A DNA stretch of 64,000 nucleotides from Squalus acanthias (lineage: Eukaryota): NCBI GenBank assembly GCA_030390025.1, contig JASTWF010000368.1, positions 62,001 to 126,000 on the forward strand, given 5' to 3'. Under the pieces are notes generated by a model. It was not told the origin of the DNA. It saw only the letters and a list, made by a program, of their open reading frames with translations, and made no database searches. The position numbers were made by a program, and so were the translations under genes. Below, piece by piece: positions 11,863 through 23,905 of this stretch. Each line of letters starts with the position of its first letter. The first letter of the stretch is position 1.

Positions 11863-11966
11863 CTCGAGTTGACCCCCAGTTCTCCCCGAGATGTTCCTGT
11901 CTCCAGTTGATCAGCAGTTGTCCCTATCTACAGTCATTAATCTCCACCCTCTTTTGCCGCCATCAG

Positions 11967-12060
11967 GAATTCTAACCGGTCGCTGTGTGAACTTCAGTAG
12001 CACTCTGAAGATGTGTGAGGTCAGAGGATGGTGTCCAGTTGAATTGGACGAATCACCCAA
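11967..12060 (+). CDS. p2rx3: P2X3 exon 5
   Basis: catcag|GA..AA|gtaggt; 94 nt; [31 protein letters not shown](K). Confidence 0.96.
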
Positions 12061-12109
12061 GTAGGTCCCAATCTTACGCAGAATTACAGTGAGTTTTAAA
12101 CCACATAAC

Positions 12110-12825
12110 AAGAGGAGGCCATTCAGACCCTCGAGCCTGTTACGCGAGAATAGGATGAGGCCATTCAGCCCCTCGAGCCTGTGCCACAGGAACAGGAGGA
12201 AGCCATTCAGCCCATCGAGCTGCACTGTCGGAGGGGCAGTACAGAGGGAGCGCAGCACTGTCGGAGGGGCAGTACTGAGGGAGCGCTGCACTATCGGAGG
12301 GGCAGTACTGAGGGAGCGCTGCACTGTCGGAGGGGCAGTACTGAGGGAGCGCTGCACTGTCGGAGGAGCAGTACTGAGGGAAGGCTGCACTGTCGGAGGG
12401 GTAGTACTGAGGGAGCGCTGCAGTGTTGGAGGGGCGGTACTGAGGGAGCGCTGCAGTGTCGGAAGGGCAGTACTGAGGGAGCGCTGCATTGTCGGAGGGG
12501 CAATACTGAGGGAGCGCTGCACTGTTGGAGGGGGAGTACTGAGGGAGTGCTGCACTGTCGGAGGGGCAGTACTGAGGGAGCACTGCACTGTCGATGGGGC
12601 AATACTGAGGGAGCGCCGCACTGTCGGAGGGGCAGTACTGAGGGAGCGCTGCACTGTCGGATGGGCAGTACTGAGGGAGCGCCGCACTGTCGGAGGGGCA
12701 GTACTGAGGGAGCGCTGCACTGTCAGAGGGGCAGTACTGAGGGAGTGCAGCACTGGCGTAGGGGCAGTACTGAGGGAGTGCAGCACTGGTGGAGGGGCAG
12801 TACTGAGGGAGCGCCAAACTGTGTT
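12110..12825 (+). repeat. Composite array: three 39-bp CR1-tail-derived units fused to 33-bp Deu-SINE-derived units
   Basis: GGAGGCCATTCAGCCCCTCGAGCCTG units to ~12220, then (GCAGTACTGAGGGAGCGCTGCACTGTCGGAGGG)n. Confidence 0.9.
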
Positions 12826-12876
12826 AGGCAAATGATTAATAGTATCATTTTATATTACTAATGTTTTCTTTGGCAG

Positions 12877-12954
12877 GGTTCGAATGATCGGGGCTGAAAA
12901 TTTCACCATTTTCGTAAAGAACAGCATTAGATTTCCATTATTCAACTTTTCAAA
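12877..12954 (+). CDS. p2rx3: P2X3 exon 6
   Basis: ggcag|G..AA|gtgagt; 78 nt; [25 protein letters not shown](K). Confidence 0.96.
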
Positions 12955-13012
12955 GTGAGTTCGATTTGTAAATGGAAATTTCATATCAAATCCTCTCATG
13001 TACACCACCAAC

Positions 13013-15064
13013 TCTCCTGAAGGTGCGGACTCTCACTGGGGTACGGGTCCCCTCCTCTCCTGAAGGTGCTGACTCTCACTGGGGTACGGGTCCTCTCCAC
13101 TCCTGAAGGTGCTGACTCTCACTGGGGTACAGGTCCCCTCCTCTCCTGAAGGTGCTGACTCTCACTGGCGTGCGGGTCTCCTCCTCTCCTGAAGGTGCTG
13201 ACTCTCACTGGGGTACGGGTCCCCTCCTCTCCTGAAGGTGCTGACTCTCATTGGGGTACGGGTCCCCTCCTGTCCTGACGCTGACTCTCACTGGGGTACG
13301 GGTCCCCTCCTCCCCTGAAGGTGCTGACTCTCACTGGGGTACGGGTCCCCTCCTGTCCTGAAGGTGCTGACTCTCATTGGGGTACGGGTCCCCTCCTCTC
13401 CTGAAGGTGCTGAATCTCACTGGGTTACAGGTCCCCTCCTGTCCTGAAGGTGCTGACTATCACTGGGGTACGGGTCCCCTCCTCTCCTGAAGGTGCTGAA
13501 TCTCACTGGGTTACGGGTCCCCTCCTGTCCTGAAGGTGCTGACTCTCACTGGGGTACAGGTCCCCTCCTCTCCTGAAGGTGCTGACTCTCACTGGGGTAC
13601 GGGTCCCCTCCTCCTCTGAAGGTGCTGACTCTCACTGGGGTTCGGGTCCCCTCCTCCTCTGAAGGTGCTGACTCTCACTGGGGTACGGGTCCCCTCCTCT
13701 CCTGAAGGTGCTGACTCTCACTGGGGTACGGGTCCCCTCCTCCTCTGAAGGTGCTGACTCTCACTGGGGTTCGGGTCCCCTCCTCCTCTGAAGGTGCTGA
13801 CTCTCACTGGGGTACGGGTCCCCTCCTGTCCTGAAGGTGCTGACTCTCACTGGGGTACAGGTCCCCTCCTCTCCCAAAGGTGCTGACTCTCACTGGGGTA
13901 CAGGTCCCCTCCTCTCCTGAAGGTGCTGACTCTCACTGGGGTACAGGTCCCCTCCTCTCCTGAAGGTGCTGACTCTCACTGGGGTACAGGTCCCCTCCTC
14001 TCCTGAAGGTGCTGACTCTCACTGGGGTACGGGTCCCCTCCACTCCTGAAGGTTCTGACTATCACTAGGGTACGGGTCCCCTCCTCTCCTGAAGGTGCTG
14101 ACTCTCACTGGGGTACGGGTCCCCTCCTCTCCTGACGCTGACTCTCACTGGGGTACGGGTCCCCTCCTGTCCTGAAGGTGCCGACTCTCACTGGGGTACA
14201 TGTCCCCTCCTGTCCTGAAGGTGCTGACTCTCACTGGGGTACGGGTCCCCTCCTGTCCTGAAGGTGCTGACTCTCACTGGGGTACAGGTCCCCTCCTCTC
14301 CTGAAGGTGCTGACTCTCACTGGGGTACAGGTCCCCTCCTCTCCTGAAGGTGCTGACTCTCACTGGGGTACGGGTCCCCTCCACTCCTGAAGGTTCTGAC
14401 TATCACTAGGGTACGGGTCCCCTCCTCTCCTGAAGGTGCTGACTATCACTGGGGTACGGGTCCCCTCCTCTCCTGAAGGTTCTGACTATCACTGGGGTAC
14501 GGGTCCCCTCCTCTCCTGAAGGTGCTGACTATCACTAGGGTACGGGTCCCCTCCTCTCCTGAAGGTGCTGACTATCACTGGGTTACGGGTCCCCTCCTGT
14601 CCTGAAGGTGCTGACTCTCACTGGGGTACGGGACCCCTCCTGTCCTGAAGGTGCTGACTCTCACTGGGGTACGGGTCCCCTCCTGTCCTGAAGGTGCGGA
14701 CTCTCACTGGGGTACGGGTCCCCTCCTGTCCTGAAGGTGCGGACTCTCACTGGGGTACGGGTCCCCTCCGGTCCTGAAGGTGCTGACTCTCACTGGGGTA
14801 CAGGTCCCCTCCTCTCCCGAAGGTGCTGACTCTCACTGGGGTACGGGTCCCCTCCTCTCCTGAAGGTGCTGACTCTCACTGGGGTACAGGTCCCCTCCTC
14901 TCCTGAAGGTGCTGACTCTCACTGGGGTTCGGGTCCCCTCCTCTCCCAAAGGTGCTGACTCTCACTGGGGTACGGGTCCCCTCCTGTCCTGAAGGTGCTG
15001 ACTCTCACTGGGGTACAGGTCCCCTCCTCTCCTGAAGGTGCTGACTCTCACTGGGGCACAGGTC
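13013..15064. repeat. 43-bp minisatellite
   Basis: (CTCCTGAAGGTGCTGACTCTCACTGGGGTACGGGTCCCCTCCT)n, filling almost all of intron 6. Confidence 0.97.
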
Positions 15065-15142
15065 AACTCCTGGGCCGGAGGTTAATGGATGGTTGCTTGG
15101 TAAAGACTGACACTCCTGGTATCTCTCTCTTATTTTTTGAAG

Positions 15143-15284
15143 GGGTAACATGCTCCCCAGCATCACCAAGAAGTACATCCAATCGTGTTTGTATCACCAC
15201 GTGACCGATAAATTCTGCCCCATCTTTCGTCTGGGTGACATTGTAGCCTGGGCGAAACAAAACTTCACTGTTTTCACAAAAAAG
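15143..15284 (+). CDS. p2rx3: P2X3 exon 7
   Basis: ttgaag|G..AAG|gtaggt; 142 nt; GNMLPSITKKYIQSCLYHHVTDKFCPIFRLGDIVAWAKQNFTVFTKK. Confidence 0.96.
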
Positions 15285-15322
15285 GTAGGTCACACTCAAC
15301 AAAGGTCGCGGGTGGATTCAGC

Positions 15323-17258
15323 AACAGGAGGAGGCCATTCAGCCCCCTCGAGGCTCTTACACAGGAACAGGAGGATGCCATTCAGCCCCCTCGAGGCTCT
15401 TACACAGGAACAGGAGGAGGCCATTCAGCCCCTCGAGCCTGTTACACGGGAACAGGAGGAGGCCATCCAGCCCCTCGAGCCTGTTACACGGGAACAGGAG
15501 GAGGCCATTCAGCCCCTCGAGCCTGTTACACGGGAACAGGAGGAGGCCATTCAGCCCCTCGAGCCTGTTACACGGGAACAGGAGGAGGCCATTCAGCCCC
15601 TCGAGCCTGTTACACAGGAACAGGAGGAGGCCATTCAGCCCCTCAAGCCTGTTACACAGGAACAGTAGGAGGCCATTCAGCCCCTCGAGCTCTTTACACA
15701 GGAACAGGAGGAGGCCATTCAGCCCCTCGAGCTCGTTACACAGGAACAGGAGGAGGCCATTTAGCCCCTCGAGCCTGTTACACAGGAACAGGAGGAGGCC
15801 ATTCAGCCCCTCGAGCCTGTTACACAGGAACAGGAGGAGGCCATTCAGCCTCTCAAGCCTGTTACACAGGAACAGGAGGAGGCCATTCAGCCCCTCGAGC
15901 CTGTTACACGGGCACAGGAGGAGGCCATTCAGCCCCTCAAGCCTGTTACACAGGAACAGGAGGAGGCCCATTCAGCCCCTCGAGACTGTTACACAGGAAC
16001 AGGAGGAGGCCATTCAGCCCCTCGAGCCTGTTACACGGGAACAGGAGGAGGCCATTCAGCCCCTCAAGCCTGTTACACAGGAACAGGAGGAGGCCCATTC
16101 AGCCCCTCGAGACTGTTACACAGGAACAGGAGGAGGCCATTCAGCCCCTCGAGCCTGTTACACAGGAACAGGAGGAGGCCATTCAGCCCCTCAAGCCTGT
16201 TACACAGGAACAGGAGGAGGCCCATTCAGCCCCTCGAGACTGTTACACAGGAACAGGAGGAGGCCATTCAGCCCCTCGAGCCTTTTACACAGGAACAGGA
16301 GGAGGCCCATTCAGCCCCTCGAGCCTGTTACACAGGAACAGGAGGAGGCCATTCAGCCCCTTGAGTCTGTTACACAGGAACAGGAGGAGGCCCATTCAGC
16401 TCCTCAAGCCTGTTACACAGGAACAGGAGGAGGCCATTCAGCCCCTCGAGCCTGTTACACGGGAACAGGAGGAGGCCATTCAGCCTCTCGAGCCTGTTAC
16501 ACAGGAACAGGAGGAGGCCATTCAGCCCCTCGAGCCTGTTGCACAGGAACAGGAGGAGGCCATTCAGCCCCTCGAGCCTTTTACACAGGAACAGGAGGAG
16601 GACATTCAGCCCCTCGAGCCGGTTAGAGAGGAACAGGAGGAGGCCATTCAGCCCCTCGAGCCTGTTACACAGGAACAGGAGGAGGCCATTCAGCCCCTCG
16701 AGCCTTTTACACAGGAACAGGAGGAGGACATTCAGCCCCTCGAGCCTTTTACACAGGAACAGGAGGAGGACATTCAGCCCCTCGAGCCGGTTAGAGAGGA
16801 ACAGGAGGAGCCCATTCAACCCCTCGAGCCTGTTACACAGGAACAGGAGGAGTCCATTCAGCCCCTCGAGCCGGTTAGAGAGGAACAGGAGGAGGCCATT
16901 CAGCCCCTCGAGCCTGTAACACAGGAACAGGAGGAGCCCATTCAGCCCCTCGAGCCTGTTACACAGGAACAGGAGGAGCCCATTCAGCCCCTCGAGACTG
17001 TTACACAGGAACAGGAGGAGGCCATTCAGCCCCTCGAGCCTGTTACACAGGATCAGGAGGAGGCCATTCAGCCCCTCGAGCCTGTTACACAGGAACAGGA
17101 GGAGGCCATTCAGCCCCTCGAGCCTGTTACACAGGAACAGGAGGAGGCCATTCAGCCCCTCGAGCCTGTTACACAGGAACAGGAGGAGGCCATTCAGCCC
17201 CTCGAGCCTGTTACACAGGAACAGGAGGAGGCCCATTCAACCCCTCGAGCCTGTTCCG
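15323..17258 (+). repeat. Minisatellite derived from the CR1 3' tail (unit ~42 bp)
   Basis: (CAGGAGGAGGCCATTCAGCCCCTCGAGCCTGTTACACAGGAA)n running into a minus-strand CR1 remnant at 17258-17530. Confidence 0.95.
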
Positions 17259-17544
17259 CCGAACAATAATCGATCTCAGTTTTGAAATTTTCAATTGACC
17301 TCCAGCTTTTTGGGGGAGAGAGTTCCAGATTTCCACTACCCTTTTTGTGAAGGTGTGCTTCCTGACATCACTCCTGAATGGCCTGGTGGTAATTTTAAGG
17401 TTATGCCCCCCTTGTTCTGGGAAATAGTTTCTCTCTATCTACCCTATCGACTCCTTCAATCAACTTATACACCTCGATTAGATCACCCCTTAATCCTCTG
17501 TACTCGATAGAATACAAGCCTAGTCTATTGACTCCTCCCACACT

Positions 17545-19182
17545 GATACCGCCCCTCTCCGCTGACCCCACCCTTCTCCGGTGACCCCGCCCCTCTCCGC
17601 AGTTCCCGCCCCACTCCGGTGACCCCGCCCCACTCCGGTGCCCCCGCCCCTCTCCGCTGACCCCACCCCTCTCCGCTGACCCCGCCCCTCTCCGCTGACC
17701 CCGCCCCTCTCTGCTGACCCCGCCCCTCTCCGCTGTCCCCGCCCCTCTCCGCTGACCCCGCCCCTCTCCGCTGACCCCGCGCCTCTCTGCTGACCCCGCC
17801 CCTCTCCCCTGTCCCTGCCCCTCTCTGCTGACCCCGCCCCTCTCCGCTGACCCCGCCCCTCTCCGCTGACCCCGCCCCTCTCCGCTGTCCCCGCCCCTCT
17901 CCGCTGACCCCGCCCCTCTCCGCTGACCCCGCCCCTCTCCGCTGTCCCCGCCCCTCTCCGCTGACCCCGCCCCTCTCCGCTGTCCCCGCCCCTCTCCGCT
18001 GTCACCGCCCCCTCCGCTGTCCCCGCCCCTCTCCGCTGTCCCCGCCCCTCTGCGCTGTCCCCACCCCTCTCCGCTGTCCCCGCCCCTCTCCGCTGACCCC
18101 GCCCCTCTCCGCTGTCCCCGCCCCTCTCCGCTGTCCCCGCCCTCTCCGCTGACCCCGCCCTTCTCCGCTGACCCCGCCCCTCTGCTGACTCCACCCCTCT
18201 CTGCTGACCCCGCCCCTCTCCGCTGACCCCGCCCCTCTCCGCTGTCCCCGCCCCTCTCCGCTGTCCCCGCCCCTCTCCGCTGACCCCGCCGCTCTCCGCT
18301 GACTCCGCTCCTCTCCGCTGACCCCGCCCCTCTCCACTGACCCCCCCTCCGCTGACCCCGCCCGTCTCCGCTGTTCCCGCCCCTCTCCGCTGTCACCGCC
18401 CCCTCCGCTGTCCCCGCCCCTCTCCGCTGTCCCCGCCCCTCTGCGCTGTCCCCACCCCTCTCCGCTGTCCCCGCCCCTCTCCGCTGACCCCGCCCCTCTC
18501 CGCTGTCCCCGCCCCTCTCCGCTGTCCCCGCCCTCTCCGCTGACCCCGCCCTTCTCCGCTGACCCCGCCCCTCTGCTGACTCCACCCCTCTCTGCTGACC
18601 CCGCCCCTCTCCGCTGACCCCGCCCCTCTCCGCTGTCCCCGCCCCTCTCCGCTGTCCCCGCCCCTCTCCGCTGACCCCGCCGCTCTCCGCTGACTCCGCT
18701 CCTCTCCGCTGACCCCGCCCCTCTCCACTGACCCCCCCTCCGCTGACCCCGCCCGTCTCCGCTGTTCCCGCCCCTCTCCGCTGACCCCGCCCCTCTCCGC
18801 TGTCCCCGCCCCTCTTCACTTTACCCCGCCCCTCTCCACTGACCTAGCCCCTCTCCGCTGTCCCCGCCCCTCTCCACTGACCCCGCACCTCTCCGCTGAC
18901 CCCCCTCCGCTGACCCCGCCCCTCTCCGCTGACCCCGCCCCTCTCCGCTGACCCCGCCCCTCTCCGCTGACCCCGCCCCTCTCCGCTGTCCCCGCCCCTC
19001 TCCGCTGACCCCGCCCCTCTCCGCTGACCTCGCCCCTCTCCGCTGTCCCCGCCCCTCTCCGCTGTCCCCGCCCCTCTCCGCTGACCCCGCCCCTCTCCGC
19101 TGTCCCCGCCCCTCTCCGCTGTCCCCGCCCCTCTCCACTGACCCCGCCCCTCTCCGCTGACCCCGCCCCTCTCCGCTGACCT
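17545..19182. repeat. 19-bp GC-rich minisatellite
   Basis: (GCCCCTCTCCGCTGWCCCC)n with a 391-bp higher-order duplication (identical ORFs at 18002 and 18393). Confidence 0.96.
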
Positions 19183-19252
19183 AGCCTAGTGCAACCCGGA
19201 ATTGAAGCGTTTTATGGAATATATCACTGACCTGTTGCTTGCCTCTATCCAG

Positions 19253-19389
19253 GGCGGTGTGCTGGGAATCAAGATCGAATGGAACTGCAACCTGGACAAG
19301 TCAGCGGACAAATGCATCCCACGGTACTCCTTTCAAAGACTGGATCGAGTGTCACAGGCTAACAATGTGTCTCAAGGATATAACTTCAG
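19253..19389 (+). CDS. p2rx3: P2X3 exon 8
   Basis: tccag|GGC..AG|gtacgg; 137 nt; [45 protein letters not shown](R). Confidence 0.97.
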
Positions 19390-19419
19390 GTACGGAAGGG
19401 AATGGACAAGGGCAATTAC

Positions 19420-20072
19420 AACATATGAGAACATAAGAAATAGGAGCAGGAGTCGGCCGTACGGCCCCTCGAGCTTGCTCCGCCATTCAATAAGATCATG
19501 GTTGATCATCGACCTCAACTCCACTTTCCCGCCCGATCCCCATATCCCTTGATTCCCCAAGAGTCCAAAAATCTATCGATCTCAGCCTTGAATATACTTA
19601 ATGACTCAACATCACCAGCCCTCTGGGACAAAGAATTCCAAAGATTCACAACCCTCTGAGTGAAGAAATTCCTCCTCCTCTCAGTCTTAAATGGCCGACC
19701 CCTTATCCTGAGACTATGCCCCCTAGTTCTAGACACTCCAGCCAGGGGGAAACAACCTCTCAGCATCTACCCTGTCAATCCCCCTCAGAATCTTAGATGT
19801 TTCAATGAGATCACCTCTCATTCTTCTAAAATGCCAGAGAGTACATGCCCATTCTACGCAATCTCTCCTCGTAGGACAAACCTCTCATCCCAGGGATTAA
19901 TCTAGTGAACCTTCGTTGCACTCCCTCTAAGGCAAGTATGTCCTTTCTCAGATAAGGAGACGAAAATATACTCAACGACTCAACATCCACAGCCCTCTGG
20001 GACAAAGAATTCCAAAGATTTACAACCCTCTGAGTGAAGAAATTCCTCCTCATCTCAGGATAATGGCCGACC
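19420..20072 (-). mobile_element. CR1 3' fragment with a re-duplicated internal segment
   Basis: CR1 RT C-terminus and tail; 19965-20070 repeats 19590-19700. Confidence 0.9.
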
Positions 20073-20386
20073 CGGTGGCATAGTGGTTAGCACTGTTGCC
20101 TCACAGCGCCAGGGACCCGGGTCCAATCCGGCCTCGGATGACTGTCTGTGTGGAGTTTGCACATTCTCCCCGTGTCTGCGTGGGTTTCCTCCGGGTGCTC
20201 CGGTTTCCTCCCACAGTCCAAAGATGTGCGGGTTAGGTTGATTTGGCTATGATAAATTGACCCTTAGTGTTAGGGGGGGATTAAATACGTGGGGTTACGG
20301 GGATAGGGTGGGATATGTGTCGGTGCAGGCTCGATGGGCCGAAATGGCCTCTATCTGCACTGTGGGGATTCTGTGATTCTGTGATT
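20073..20386 (+). mobile_element. tRNA-derived V-domain SINE (HE1-like)
   Basis: A box TGGCATAGTGG, B-box-like GGTCCAATCC, V-domain GGTTTCCTCCGGGTGCTCCGGTTTCCTCCCACAG, CR1-type tail with GATTCTGT repeats. Confidence 0.88.
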
Positions 20387-20635
20387 CAAAACTGTGCACA
20401 AAGGAGCAGTTTCCTCCCAGTCTGAACCTCGAATGTTTGCGACATCACATCCACACCGACAGCTCCTCCCACATGTTTCACTCCAGTCCTTTAATAACCT
20501 TCATCCCCTCCGCCATGTCCGGCGCTGGGTTTGACCCCAGGTCACAGAGGGTGAAAGGTCAGTGACTGACCTACTACCCCCGCCCTAGATCCCCATCAGA
20601 CAGTGACAGGACCCCTTGATCCTGACATACACTGT

Positions 20636-23600
20636 GCCCAAACATCTTCAGCTGCTTCATCAATGACCCTTCCCTCCAACATAAGGTCAGAAACGGGGAT
20701 GTTCGCTGATGACTGCACAGTGTTTAGAACCATTCACAACTCCTCAGATAATGAAGTAGTCTATTGCCCACATGCAACAAGACCTGGACAACGTTCAGGC
20801 TTGGGCTGATAAGTGGCAGGTAACATTCGCACCACACAAGTGCCAGACATTGACTACCTCCAACAAGCGAAAGTCTAACCACCACCCCTTGACATTCAAC
20901 AGCATTACCATCGCCGAATCCCCCACCATCAACATCCTGGGGGTCACCATTGACCAGAAACTTAACAGGACCAGCCACATAAATACTGTGGCAACAAGAA
21001 CAGGTCAGAGGCTGGGTATTCTGTGGCGAGTGTCTCACCTCCTGACTCCCCAAAGCCTTTCCACCATCTACAAGGCACAAGTAAGGAGTGTGATGGAATA
21101 CTCTCCACTTGCCTGGATGAGTGCAGCTCCAACAACACTCAAGAAGCTCGACACCATCCAGGACAAAGCAGCCCGTTTGATTGGCACCCCATCCACCACC
21201 TTAAGACATAGACATAGACATAGAAGATAGGAGCAGGAGTAGGCCATTCGGCCCCTCGAGCCTGCTCCGCCATTCGATGAGATCATGGCTGATCATCCAA
21301 ACTCAGTACCCTGTACCTGCCTTCTCCCCATATCCCTTGATACCTTTAGCTTTAAGAAATATATCTAACTCATCCTTGAATATATTTAATGACTTCGCCT
21401 CAACTACCTTCTGTGGTAGAGAATTCCACAGGTTCACCACTCTCTGGGTGAAGAAATTCTTCCTCATTTCTGTCCTAAATGGTTTACCTGTTATCCGTAG
21501 ATTATGACCCCTGGTTCTGGACTCTCCGACCATCGGGAACATTCTTCCTGCATCTAGTTTGTCCAGACCTGTCAGAATTTTATATGTTTCGATGAGATCC
21601 CCTCTCATTCTTCTATACTCCAGTGAGTATAAGCCCAATCGACCCAATCTCTCCTCATATGTCATTCCTGCCATCCCAGGTATCAGCCTTGTGAATCTTC
21701 GCTGAACTCCTTCCATGGCAAGAACATCCTTCCTCAGATAAGGCGACCAAAAGTGCACACAGTACTCAAGGTGTGGTCTCACCAAGGCCCTGTACAACTG
21801 CAGCAGGACATCCCTGTTCCTATACTCAAACCCTTTCGCTATGAAAGCCAACATACCATTTGCCTTCTTCACCGCCTGCTGCACCTGCATGCTTACTTTC
21901 AGCGACTGGTGCACAAGGACACCCAGGTCTCGTTGCACTTCCCCTTCTCCCAATCTATTGCCATTCAGATAATAGTCTGCCTTTCTGTTTTTGACACCAA
22001 AGTGGATAACCTCACACTTATCCACGTTATATTGCATCTGCCACGCTTCTGCCCACTCACCCAACCTGTCCAGATCATCCTGGAGTTTCTCGCTATTCTC
22101 CTCGCTGCACACACTCCCACCCAGCTTTGTGTCATCTGCAAACTTGGAGATATTACATTTAATTCCCTTATCTAGATCATTAATGTATATTGTGAATAGC
22201 TGGGGTCCAAGGACCGATCCCTGCGGTACCCCACTAGTCACTGCTTGCCACTCGGAAAAAGACCCATTAATTCCTACTCTCTGCTTTCTGTCCGCCAACC
22301 AGTTCTCTATCCAAGTCAATACCTTGCCCCCAATCCCATGTGCCTTAACTTTACCCGCTAATCTCTTATGCGGGACCTTATCGAAAGCCTTTTGAAAGTC
22401 CAAATACACCACATCTACTGGTTCTCCCTTATCTATTTTCCCAGTTACATCCTCAAAAAATTCCAGTAGATTAGTCAAGCACAATTTACCTTTTGTAAAT
22501 CCATGTTGACTTTGTCCGATCCTGTCACTGTTTTTCAAATGCTCAGCTATTACATCCTTTATAATGGACTCTAGCATTTTCCCCACTACCGATGTCAGGC
22601 TTACCAGTCTGTAATTCCCCGCTTTCTCTCTACCACCCTTTTTGAATAGTGGGGTAACATTAGCTACCCTCCAATCCATGGGTACAGTTCCAGATTCCAT
22701 CGAATGTTGGAAGATGATCAGCAATGCATCTACTATTTCTAGGGCCACTTCCTTAAGTACCCTAGGATGTAGATTATCAGGCCCTGGGGATTTATCGGCC
22801 TTCAATACCGTCAATTTCCCTAACACCATTTCCCTGCAAATACTGATTTCTTTCAGTTCCTCCCTTTCATCAGACCGTATGTTCTCCAACATCTCTTCGA
22901 GGTTATTTGTGTCCTCCTTTGTGAAGACAGAACCAAAATATGCATTTAATTGGGCTGCCATTTCTTTGTTCCCCATTATAATTTCCCCCGCTTCTGACTG
23001 CAAGGGACCTACACTTGATTTCACTAATCTTTTTCTCTTCACATATCTATAAAAGCTCTTACAGTCAGTTTTTATGTTCCCAGCAAGCTTACTTTCATAT
23101 TCTATTTTCCCTTTCTTAATTAATCCCTTTGTCCTCCTTTGTTGAATCCTAAACTGCTCCCAATCCTCAGGGCTACCGCTTTTTCTGGCCAATTTATATG
23201 CCCTCTCCTTGGATCTTATGCTATCCCTAATTTCCCTTGTTAGCCACGGTTGAGTCACCCTTTTTGTTTTATTCTTATGCCACACTGGGATGTACAAATT
23301 CTGTAGTTCATCCATGCAGTCTTTGAATGTTTTCCATTGCCTATCCACCGTCAACCCCTTGAGTGACATTCCCCAATCAATCCTACCCAATTAAACATTC
23401 ACTCCCTCCACCACCGGCGTACCGTGGCTGCAGTGTGTACCATCTACAAGATGCACTGCAGCAACTTGCCAAGTCTTCTTCGGCAGCACCTCCCAAACCT
23501 GCGACCTCTTCCACCTAGAAGGACACATACCATCCTGACTTGGAAGTATATCGCCGATCCTTCATCGTCGCTGGGTCAAAATCCTGGAACTCCCTCCCTA

Positions 23601-23748
23601 ACAGCACTGTGGGAGTACCTTCACCACACGGACTGCAGCGGTTCAAGAAGGCGGCTCACCACCACCTTCTCAAGGGCAATTAGGGATGGGCAATAAATGA
23701 TGGCCTTGCCAGTGACGCCCACATCCCATAAATGAATTTTTAAAAAAG
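20636..23748 (+). mobile_element. Second LINE family (RT motif FADDC), 3' part, split by a CR1
   Basis: FINDLPS..MFADDCTVF..WADKWQVTFAPHKC..YKAQVRSVMEY to 21202, resuming at 23391 and ending GGGCAATAAATG plus A-rich tail. Confidence 0.9.
21203..23390 (-). mobile_element. 5'-truncated CR1 LINE with uninterrupted 695-codon RT ORF
   Basis: KSPGPDNLHPRVLKE, SGVPQGSVLGP, KFADDTKL, LVRPHLEYC; no stops 21303-23390; TTAA on both flanks. Confidence 0.97.
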
Positions 23749-23806
23749 ATATACACCTGGTTCGAGATCAGACCCGTGTTACCTTGCCGCTGTTTTATTT
23801 TTACAG

Positions 23807-23900
23807 ACATGCCAGGTTCTACCGGGATAGCAACGGGACAGAGTACCGCACCTTACTGAAAGCTTACGGGATCCGGATCGACATCATGGTCTCTGGACAG
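23807..23900 (+). CDS. p2rx3: P2X3 exon 9
   Basis: ttacag|A..CAG|gtactc; 94 nt; HARFYRDSNGTEYRTLLKAYGIRIDIMVSGQ. Confidence 0.96.
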
Positions 23901-23905
23901 GTACT

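Noticed and set aside
13013..15064. Regular repeats resembling a CRISPR array
   Set aside because: Head-to-tail units with no unique spacers, no cas genes, and a vertebrate context.
20073..20145. tRNA genes at SINE heads (also 50850 and 62965)
   Set aside because: A/B boxes continue into SINE bodies and no full cloverleaf is evident.
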